The notes under the pieces: model-generated
What the model was told of the DNA's origin: nothing
Database searches by the model: none
Seen by the model: only the letters and a program-made list of their open reading frames with translations
Part shown: piece after piece, positions 26,256-33,263 of the stretch
How the letters are laid out: every line of letters starts with the position of its first letter
How positions within the stretch are numbered: the stretch's first letter is position 1
Translations under genes and position numbers: made by a program
Assembly: GCA_964604995.1 (NCBI GenBank)
Contig: CAZSAD010000019.1
Coordinates: 1 to 33,263, forward strand
Length of the DNA: 33,263 nt
Direction of reading: 5' to 3'
From: an uncultured Methanosarcinales archaeon
GTDB taxonomy: Archaea > Nanobdellota > Nanobdellia > Woesearchaeales > JABMPP01

Positions 26256-26645
26256 ATGTTAAATGACCCACTTGCTAACACATTATCGAAAATGATGAAT
26301 GCTGAAAACATTGGACTTAGAGAAGTAACTACTAAACCAAATTCCAAGATTATAAGACAAGTGTTATCTGTAATGAAAGATAATCACTATGTTGGAGATC
26401 TTGAAGAAGCTCAAGACGGAAGAGGCGGAATATTAAAAATAAATTTAATAGGTAATATCAATAAATGTGGTGCAATCAAACCAAGATTTGCAGTAACAAT
26501 TGGTGAAATAGAAAAATTTGAAAAGAGTTTTTTACCGGCAAAAGATTTTGGAATACTTATAATGACAACCTCACAAGGAGTTATGACTCACCTTGACGCA
26601 AAGAAGAAAAATATCGGTGGTAAATTATTAGCATACTGCTATTAA
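26256..26645 (+). CDS. rps8: 30S ribosomal protein uS8
   Basis: DPLANTLS, INKCGAIKPRF, LPAKDFG, GGKLLAYCY. Confidence 0.97.
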   Translation: MLNDPLANTLSKMMNAENIGLREVTTKPNSKIIRQVLSVMKDNHYVGDLEEAQDGRGGILKINLIGNINKCGAIKPRFAVTIGEIEKFEKSFLPAKDFGILIMTTSQGVMTHLDAKKKNIGGKLLAYCY

Positions 26646-26683
26646 ATTACAAATTAAATAATTAAAAATAAAGAATGATCAAA

Positions 26684-27271
26684 ATGAAAAAAACTAAAAC
26701 AGAAAAAGTGAATGCACAAGTTTCGAAAAAAAGAAAAATCGAAGAAGTATTAGAAATAGATCAAGGAGTTACTGTGCAAATTAGTAATGGAATAATTAAT
26801 GTTAAAGGTCCGAAAGGAGAACTCAAAAGAAAAATGTATGATCCTAAAATAAAAATAAGTACGGAAGGGAATGAAATCAAATTTACAGCTAATGAAGCTT
26901 CAAAAAGACAAAAGACACAAATTGGTTCATTTGTTTCACATACTAAAAACATGATTAAAGGTGTTCAAGAAGGAGTAACATATAAATTAAAAATATGTGC
27001 TGGACATTTTCCAATGAATGTGTCAGTTTCTGGAAATGTGTTTACTGTTAAAAATTTCCTTGGAGAAAAAGTCCCAAGAGTGTATAAATTTAACGATCAA
27101 GCAAAAGTTAAAGTTGAAGGCGAGATTGTAACTGTTGATGGAATAGATAAAGAAATTGTCTCGCAAACAGCAGCTTCAATTGAAACATTAACCAAAAGAT
27201 TAGGATTTGATAGAAGAAGATTTCAAGATGGAATATATATCATAGAAAAAAATGGAGTCAAACTCGCATAA
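26684..27271 (+). CDS. rpl6: 50S ribosomal protein uL6
   Basis: VKGPKGEL, NMIKGV, HFPMNV, NFLGEK, DRRRFQDGIYI. An alternative start exists at 26675. Confidence 0.96.
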   Translation: MKKTKTEKVNAQVSKKRKIEEVLEIDQGVTVQISNGIINVKGPKGELKRKMYDPKIKISTEGNEIKFTANEASKRQKTQIGSFVSHTKNMIKGVQEGVTYKLKICAGHFPMNVSVSGNVFTVKNFLGEKVPRVYKFNDQAKVKVEGEIVTVDGIDKEIVSQTAASIETLTKRLGFDRRRFQDGIYIIEKNGVKLA

Positions 27272-27299
27272 ATAATCAAAACTACAAGATGTGAAAATT

Positions 27300-27914
27300 A
27301 TGACTGAAATAAAAAAATTATTAGAAACAAGAAACACACTCAAAAAAAAGAAACCTACTTTTTTAAGACAAGAAGGACACAAGAAAAAGAAACTTGGTGG
27401 TCCTAAATGGAGAAAACCTAAAGGAATGCACTCCAAACTTAGAAGAATGTTAAGAGGAAATAGGGCAAGAGTAGAACCTGGTTGGGGAAGTCCAAGAAAA
27501 GTGATTGCACTTTCCTTTGAAGGTTTAAAGAAAATAATTATTGCTAATCCAAAACAACTCTTAAAACTTGATGCTAAAACTGATGGTGTTATAATATCAG
27601 GAAATGTTGGAATAAAAAAGAGAGTTGATATATTAAAAAAAGCAAAAGAGCTCAAATTAACAGTACTTAATGTAAGTGTTGAGAGATATCTTAGCGCTTT
27701 CGAAGAAAAACAAAAAATAAAATCTGATCAAAAGCAAAAAAATGCAAAAGAGAAGGAAGAAAAATTAAAAGAAAAAGAGAAGAAAGCTGCCGATAAAGAA
27801 AAAGAAATAAAGAAAGCTGAAACAAAAGAAGAATCTCAAGAAAATGCAGAAGATTTGAAATCAGCACAAAAAAAAGAACTTGATAAAGTACTTACCAAAA
27901 AAGATGCTGAATAA
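27300..27914 (+). CDS. rpl32e: 50S ribosomal protein eL32 with a long charged C-terminal extension
   Basis: KKPTFLRQ, KWRKPKGMHSK, GWGSP, VGIKKR, VLN, followed by ~75 aa of K/E-rich sequence. Confidence 0.94.
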   Translation: MTEIKKLLETRNTLKKKKPTFLRQEGHKKKKLGGPKWRKPKGMHSKLRRMLRGNRARVEPGWGSPRKVIALSFEGLKKIIIANPKQLLKLDAKTDGVIISGNVGIKKRVDILKKAKELKLTVLNVSVERYLSAFEEKQKIKSDQKQKNAKEKEEKLKEKEKKAADKEKEIKKAETKEESQENAEDLKSAQKKELDKVLTKKDAE

Positions 27915-27975
27915 AAAAATTGAAAATAATATACCAAATAATAATTAACAAAAAATTGACAACAAAGGTGTAAAA

Positions 27976-28461
27976 ATGAAACTCGATGTGCAAAAAAGAC
28001 TTGCTGCAAAGGTACTAGGTGCTAGTAAAAAAAGAGTCAAAATAGATCTTCCTATGCTAGAGAGTCTTGGTATTAGCATTGATGATTTCAAACAATCTAT
28101 TACTAAAGCAGATATTAGAGGGTATATTAATAAAAAAGTGATATATGCAACTCAAAAAAAAGGAGTATCTAGAGGAAGAGCCAGACAAACACATGCACAA
28201 AAAGTCAAAGGAAGACAAAGAGGAGTTGGCTCAAGAAAAGGTACTAAAAATGCAAGATTACCAAAAAAAGGAACTTGGATGAAAAAAATTAGAGGACAAA
28301 GAAACCTAATTAAAGAACTCAGAGATAAAGAAATTATTTCAAACAAAGATTTCTGGGAACTATATGGCAAAGCTAAAGGTGGATTTTTTAGAAGCAGAAG
28401 ACACTTAAAAATTTTCGCTGAAGAGCACGAAATGCTAAAAAAAGCACAGAAAAAACAATAA
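27976..28461 (+). CDS. rpl19e: 50S ribosomal protein eL19
   Basis: QKRLAAKVL, GVSRGR, GSRKGTKNAR, WMKKIR, YGKAKGGFF. Confidence 0.96.
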   Translation: MKLDVQKRLAAKVLGASKKRVKIDLPMLESLGISIDDFKQSITKADIRGYINKKVIYATQKKGVSRGRARQTHAQKVKGRQRGVGSRKGTKNARLPKKGTWMKKIRGQRNLIKELRDKEIISNKDFWELYGKAKGGFFRSRRHLKIFAEEHEMLKKAQKKQ

Positions 28462-28522
28462 TTATCGTTAATATAAATAAAAAATATGCAGATTAAATAT
28501 AATTGAGAGAAAAGTGATTGAC

Positions 28523-29083
28523 ATGGGACAAAAAATTCAACCAGTAAGTTATAGAAGAAAAGAAAAAACAAATTACAGGAAGAGACTAAGATTACTTTTA
28601 GCTCGAAAACCAAGAATTGTCATTAGAAAAACAGCAAAGCACATTTATGTGCAAGCAATAAAGTATGATATGAATGGTGATAAAGTTTTACTTACAGTTA
28701 GCTCCAAAAATTTAGAAAAATTAGGTTGGGCTGCTGGTGAAAAGAATTTACCAAGCGCATATTTAACTGGACTTTTAGCAGGAAAAAAAGCCAAGCAGCT
28801 TGGTGTAAATGATGCTATTTTAGATATGGGTTTACATCCAGCAATAAAAGGATCAAAAATATTTGCAGCTTTGAAAGGGGTTATTGATGCAGGTGTTATT
28901 ATACCTTACTCAAAAGAGATATTACCAAGTGAAGATAGAATACAAGGTAAACATATAGTGCAATATGCACAACAACAAAAAGATAAAAAAGTGCAATTTG
29001 CATCATACGCAAAGAAAAATATAATAATTGAAAATTTACCAAAAACATTTGCTGAAATGAAAACAAAAATAATGGGGATGTAA
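28523..29083 (+). CDS. rpl18: 50S ribosomal protein uL18
   Basis: KTNYRKRL, PRIVIRKT, NLPSAYLTGLL, AILDMGL, FAALKGVIDAG. Confidence 0.96.
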   Translation: MGQKIQPVSYRRKEKTNYRKRLRLLLARKPRIVIRKTAKHIYVQAIKYDMNGDKVLLTVSSKNLEKLGWAAGEKNLPSAYLTGLLAGKKAKQLGVNDAILDMGLHPAIKGSKIFAALKGVIDAGVIIPYSKEILPSEDRIQGKHIVQYAQQQKDKKVQFASYAKKNIIIENLPKTFAEMKTKIMGM

Positions 29084-29085
29084 AT

Positions 29086-29934
29086 ATGCCAAAAAAGACA
29101 AAAATTGTTGAAGAAAAACCTGAACTTATAAAAACTCACGATGAAGAAGAAACAATAGAAGTGGTAGAAGAAAGTGTTCCAATCATAGAAAAAATAGTCG
29201 AACCTGAAGAAGCCGCTGCTAGAGTTGATAAGCTTTCTGCTGATCTTGAAAAATGGCAACCAAAAACTGAACTTGGTAAAAGAGTTAAGAGCGGTGAAAT
29301 TAAAGATTTAAATGAAATACTTGAATCAGGATTAAAAATACTTGAACCTGAAATTGTTGATATGCTTGTTCCTAATATAGAAGCTGAATTATTACTTATT
29401 GGTCAATCAAAAGGAAAATTTGGTGGCGGTCAAAGAAGAGTGTTTAGACAAACACAGAAAAAAACTGCAGAAGGAAATAAACCTCATTTTGCAACTATTG
29501 CCGTCGTTGGAAATAGAAATGGATATATTGGGGTAGGATATGGAAAGAGCAAAGAAACTGTTCCTGCTAGAGAAAAAGCAATGAGAAATGCTAAACTCAA
29601 TATAATCAAAATAAGAAGAGGATCTGGCTCTTGGGAAGATGCTAGAACTGAACCAAATTCAATTCCATTTGCAGTTACTGGGAAATCCGGATCATCAATA
29701 ATAAAATTAATTCCTGCACCAAAAGGTAAGGGACTTATAATTGAAACAGAATGTGCAAAAGTATTGAGACTTGCAGGTATAAAGGATATTTGGTCCAGAA
29801 CAAGAGGCCAAACAAATACCAAAGTTAATCTCATTAAAGCATGTATGTGTGCATTAAAAAAACTCAATGAAATGAAAATAAAACCAGAGCATATTGAACT
29901 ACTTAGCATTAAAGAAGGCAATATTGTTGAATAA
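29086..29934 (+). CDS. rps5: 30S ribosomal protein uS5 with an acidic N-terminal extension
   Basis: WQPKTELG, EPEIVD, VVGNRNGYIGVG, RRGSGSWE, PAPKGKGL, LAGIKDIWS. Confidence 0.97.
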   Translation: MPKKTKIVEEKPELIKTHDEEETIEVVEESVPIIEKIVEPEEAAARVDKLSADLEKWQPKTELGKRVKSGEIKDLNEILESGLKILEPEIVDMLVPNIEAELLLIGQSKGKFGGGQRRVFRQTQKKTAEGNKPHFATIAVVGNRNGYIGVGYGKSKETVPAREKAMRNAKLNIIKIRRGSGSWEDARTEPNSIPFAVTGKSGSSIIKLIPAPKGKGLIIETECAKVLRLAGIKDIWSRTRGQTNTKVNLIKACMCALKKLNEMKIKPEHIELLSIKEGNIVE

Positions 29935-29983
29935 TTGCTTTTGTTTTAATAATTATAAAATACAAAATAAATGAGTGATAAAA

Positions 29984-30376
29984 ATGGTCGAAACCCAAAA
30001 AATAATCGTAGCAATAAGACTTAGAGGAAGTAGAGGATTGACAGAAGATATTGTAAGTACTTTAACTATGCTTAATTTACATAAAAAATATTTCTGTATA
30101 ATAGTAAAACCAACCCCTAGTGCAAAAGGTATGTTAAACAAAGCTAGGGATTATATCACATGGGGAGAAATAAGTGACGAACTTGCAAAATCATTAGTTG
30201 AAAAAAGATCAGAAAAAGATCCAAAAGATGCTAAAAAAATCAAGAAGTATTTCAGATTACACCCACCAAAAGGTGGATTTGAAAAAAGAGGAATTAAAAA
30301 TGCTTACACAAATGGTGGAGATTTAGGATACCGAGGAGAAAAAATGCAAGATCTTCTCACAAGAATGTTAGCATAA
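29984..30376 (+). CDS. rpl30: 50S ribosomal protein uL30
   Basis: AIRLRG, TLTMLNL, DYITWGE, FRLHPPKGG, GDLGYRG. Confidence 0.95.
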   Translation: MVETQKIIVAIRLRGSRGLTEDIVSTLTMLNLHKKYFCIIVKPTPSAKGMLNKARDYITWGEISDELAKSLVEKRSEKDPKDAKKIKKYFRLHPPKGGFEKRGIKNAYTNGGDLGYRGEKMQDLLTRMLA

Positions 30377-30421
30377 AATTATAATCTGAACAAAAAATAA
30401 AATTGACTAAAGGTGTTAATA

Positions 30422-30940
30422 ATGGTTATTTACAAAAGAAAAAAAATAAAGAGAATGCGAGGAAATAAAACCCACGGATGGGGTGCTATGAAAAAGCATA
30501 GGGGATCTGGTAATAAAGGAGGAGTTGGTAATGCCGGCTCAGGTAAAAGAGCAGATTCGAAAAAACCATCATATTGGGATAATCCACTTTATTTTGGTAA
30601 ACATGGATTTTCACCTAAAAATAGCGTAACATATAAACCAGTTAATATAGGATATTTTGAAGATAATAGTACAAAATTAATTGCACAAGGTAAGATGAAA
30701 ACTGAAGCAGATTCGTATGTTGTAAATTTAAAAGAATTAGGATTCAATAAATTATTAAGCCAAGGTAGTGTCAGTAAAAAATTAGTAATAACAACACCTT
30801 ATGCTTCATTAAATGCTATTGAAAAAATAAAATCAAAAGGCGGAAATGTTTTAGGCTTACTTCCAAAAAAAGAAAAGAAACATAAAAAAGAGGAAGGTAA
30901 AGGAGCAAAAAAACAAGCAGTGGATGCAAATGAAGAGTAA
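30422..30940 (+). CDS. rpl15: 50S ribosomal protein uL15
   Basis: RGNKTHGWG, RGSGNKGGVGNAG, YFGKHGF, GFNKLLSQG, AIEKIKSKGG. Confidence 0.96.
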   Translation: MVIYKRKKIKRMRGNKTHGWGAMKKHRGSGNKGGVGNAGSGKRADSKKPSYWDNPLYFGKHGFSPKNSVTYKPVNIGYFEDNSTKLIAQGKMKTEADSYVVNLKELGFNKLLSQGSVSKKLVITTPYASLNAIEKIKSKGGNVLGLLPKKEKKHKKEEGKGAKKQAVDANEE

Positions 30941-31004
30941 ATTTGCTTGCATTTTTCATGTAACTTTTTGCCAAGACAATAAAAATTTTAATCAGCTTTA
31001 TAAA
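30941..31004 (+). terminator. Possible T-rich terminator after uL15, followed by a TATA box for secY
   Basis: T-tracts (TTTTTC, CTTTTTG) just after the stop; TTTATAAA at 30997-31004; SD GGTGA at 31030-31034. Confidence 0.35.
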
Positions 31005-31037
31005 AGAAAGTTGGTTTTATTAATTTAAGGGTGAAGC

Positions 31038-32462
31038 ATGGCTTTCTTTGAAAACCTCATAAACAATCTACCTGAAGTTCAAGGACCAACACAAAAGAGA
31101 CTTTCTTTTAAAGAAAAATTAAAATGGACAGGTATAACTTTAGTACTATTTTTCATATTAGGATTAATTCCATTATTTGGGCTTGGACAAAATCAATTAT
31201 CAAGATTTGAATTTTTATCAATTATACTTGGTGCAGAATTTGGAAGCATAATTTCACTTGGTATTGGTCCAATTGTAACTGCAAGCATCGTTCTACAACT
31301 ATTAAATGGTGCAGGCATTGTTAAATTTGATTTACAATCACATGAAGGAAAAAAGAGATTTCAAGGAGTACAAAAATTACTTGCATTTTTCTTTATATTG
31401 TTCGAAGCAATAATTTATGTATTTATGGGAGGACTTGCCCCTTCAGCTGATATAATTGGAACAAGTATGTTTTTTAGACTAGAAATGTTTTTAGTTGCAC
31501 AAATTTTCATCGGTGGAATTATGATTATGCTAATGGATGAAGTTATTAGCAAATGGGGATTTGGCTCAGGTATTAGTTTATTTATTGCAGCTGGAGTTTC
31601 CAAACAAATATTTGTTAGAGCATTAAGTCCACTGCCATCGCCTGCTAATCCAAGCATATCAACTGGTGCAATTCCGGCATTGTTTCAAGCTTTAGGACAA
31701 GGAGATCCAATTACTGCATCACTCATGATTGCAAGTGTTATTGCTACAATATTAATTTTTGTTGTTGCTGTTTATGGACAAGCAATGAAAGTAGAAATTC
31801 CATTATCTTTTGGAAGAGTAAGGGGTCAAGGTATAAGATGGCCTTTAGCATTTATTTATGTAAGTAACATCCCAGTTATTTTAATTGCTGCTTTGCTTGC
31901 AAATTTTCAATTGTGGTCATCATTACTTCAGAATTGGGCAACAAAAGCAAATTCATCAATTTTAAATTTCTTTTCAATTTATGTAATGGGTCAAACCCAA
32001 ACTCCTCAAGCTGGGCATGGTATAATCCAATGGGTTAATCCCCCAAATATTGTTCAAGGGTTAATAACACAAAGTTTGGTATTTAAAGACATATTACATG
32101 CATTGGGGTATATTTTAATATTAGTAATTGGAAGTGTAGTATTTGGATGGTTCTGGGTACAAACTGCAGGAATGGATTCAAAAAGCCAAGCAAAACAAAT
32201 ATTAGCTTCAGGACTTCAAGTTCCAGGATTTAGAAAAGATCAAAGAGTTCTTGAAAGAATACTTGATAGATATATTGGGCCACTTACAATAATGGGTTCA
32301 ATTTTTGTTGGTGTACTTGCTGCTAGTGCCGATTTAATGGGAGCACTTAGCAATGGAACTGGAATATTATTAACAGTTATGATTATCTATAGATTATATG
32401 AAGATATTGCAAAACAACATATGATGGATATGAATCCGATGATGCGAAAATTCATGGAATAG
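31038..32462 (+). CDS. secY: Preprotein translocase subunit SecY (Sec61 alpha)
   Basis: KLKWT, LGIGPIVTASIVLQLL, DEVISKWGFGSGISLFI, YVSNIPVIL, PGFR, GTGILLTV; about 10 TM segments. Confidence 0.97.
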   Translation: MAFFENLINNLPEVQGPTQKRLSFKEKLKWTGITLVLFFILGLIPLFGLGQNQLSRFEFLSIILGAEFGSIISLGIGPIVTASIVLQLLNGAGIVKFDLQSHEGKKRFQGVQKLLAFFFILFEAIIYVFMGGLAPSADIIGTSMFFRLEMFLVAQIFIGGIMIMLMDEVISKWGFGSGISLFIAAGVSKQIFVRALSPLPSPANPSISTGAIPALFQALGQGDPITASLMIASVIATILIFVVAVYGQAMKVEIPLSFGRVRGQGIRWPLAFIYVSNIPVILIAALLANFQLWSSLLQNWATKANSSILNFFSIYVMGQTQTPQAGHGIIQWVNPPNIVQGLITQSLVFKDILHALGYILILVIGSVVFGWFWVQTAGMDSKSQAKQILASGLQVPGFRKDQRVLERILDRYIGPLTIMGSIFVGVLAASADLMGALSNGTGILLTVMIIYRLYEDIAKQHMMDMNPMMRKFME

Positions 32463-32532
32463 ATGAATAAATAATTAGAAGATATATAAAATACATTGGA
32501 GAATAATATAAAAAGTAGAAGGTGAAAAAACA

Positions 32533-33263
32533 ATGGCTTTCTTTGATAATTTTTTACAATCCATATTAACTATGAATGTTGGATTATTAATTGTTATTAT
32601 ATCTTTGATTTTGTCCTTATTAATCACTCTTATCTATAAATGGATGACTGATCAAACTTTGATGAAAAGCTTGAAAGATGATATTAAAAAGCACCAAGAT
32701 GAGATGAAAAAACATCGTGACAATCCAAAAAAGATGATGCAAATTCAAAAGCTTGCCATGGAAAAAAATATGCAATATATGATGAAATCCATGAAGCCGA
32801 CACTTATCACATTCATACCGTTAATTCTAGTTTTTGGTTGGTTAAATACTCATTTTACATATGAGAACATTTCTCCAATGAATAATTTTGGAGTAAGCGC
32901 AACTTTTCAAGAAGGCACAGTTGGAACTGCAAATATTTTAGTTACAGATGGAATAAATGTTGTTGGAAGTGCAAGTCAGAATATTACTGATGGAAAAGCA
33001 ACATGGAAACTAAATGGCAAATCTGGAAACTATTTAATCCAAGTAGAATATGATAGCAGAAAATATGACAAAGAAGTTTTGATATCAGAAAGTCATATTT
33101 ATGCTGAACCATTAAAAATATTTAAAGAGGAAAAAATCCAAAGTATATCAATAGGAGATAATAAAAAATTAAGAGTCTTTGGTGAGGATTTTAATATTTT
33201 TGGTTACCACCCAGGATGGCTTGGAACATACATTATAACCTCAATAATTTTTAGTATGCTACT
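32533..33263 (+). CDS. DUF106 / EMC3-TMCO1 (Oxa1 superfamily) membrane insertase, 3'-truncated by the window edge
   Basis: Absent from the ORF track because it has no stop. Manual translation gives TM1, a Met/Lys-rich coiled coil (TDQTLMKSLK...MKPTLITFIP), TM2 (FGWL) and TM3 GWLGTYII. SD GGTGA at 32521. Confidence 0.9.
   Translation, partial: MAFFDNFLQSILTMNVGLLIVIISLILSLLITLIYKWMTDQTLMKSLKDDIKKHQDEMKKHRDNPKKMMQIQKLAMEKNMQYMMKSMKPTLITFIPLILVFGWLNTHFTYENISPMNNFGVSATFQEGTVGTANILVTDGINVVGSASQNITDGKATWKLNGKSGNYLIQVEYDSRKYDKEVLISESHIYAEPLKIFKEEKIQSISIGDNKKLRVFGEDFNIFGYHPGWLGTYIITSIIFSML

Noticed and set aside
18983..31657. Many 60-150-aa antisense ORFs across the r-protein operon (and similarly within valS, rfcL, top6B and rio1)
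   Set aside because: Phe/Ser/Leu/Ile-rich shadows of A-rich sense codons, without independent promoters or motifs.
1..33263. CRISPR array, tRNA introns, inteins or recoded stop codons
   Set aside because: No regularly spaced repeats; both tRNAs are uninterrupted; rfcL, top6 and valS are normal length; conserved genes are full-length under the standard code and use TAA, TAG and TGA as stops.

Overview
AT-rich archaeal DNA, most likely from a DPANN lineage (Woesearchaeota-like). This assignment is inferred from the archaeal r-protein set, topoisomerase VI, RFC, TATA promoters and the N-terminally extended uS14. The left half (1-17.5 kb) mixes housekeeping and accessory genes. In order: a 5'-truncated membrane-anchored HExxH protein, valS, an AlkD-family repair protein, a lipoprotein MsrAB, rfcL, a HAD hydrolase, top6A/top6B, Dim2, Rio1, tRNA-Val(CAC), TrxR, a GNAT, an orphan histidine-kinase-like GHKL protein, tRNA-Thr(CGT) and small proteins. 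The right half (17.75-33.26 kb) is the canonical archaeal S10/spc-type ribosomal protein superoperon from uL3 to uL15 (including aIF1/SUI1 and Rpp29), followed by secY and a 3'-truncated DUF106/Oxa1-superfamily insertase. I saw no CRISPR array, transposase, integrase or rRNA. The best candidates for something undescribed are (i) a ~140-nt, multi-stem, possibly switchable RNA leader between a strong BRE/TATA promoter and the uL3 ribosome-binding site, and (ii) a soluble orphan histidine-kinase-like protein in a tRNA-flanked variable region. All calls come from reading motifs by eye; no searches were run.
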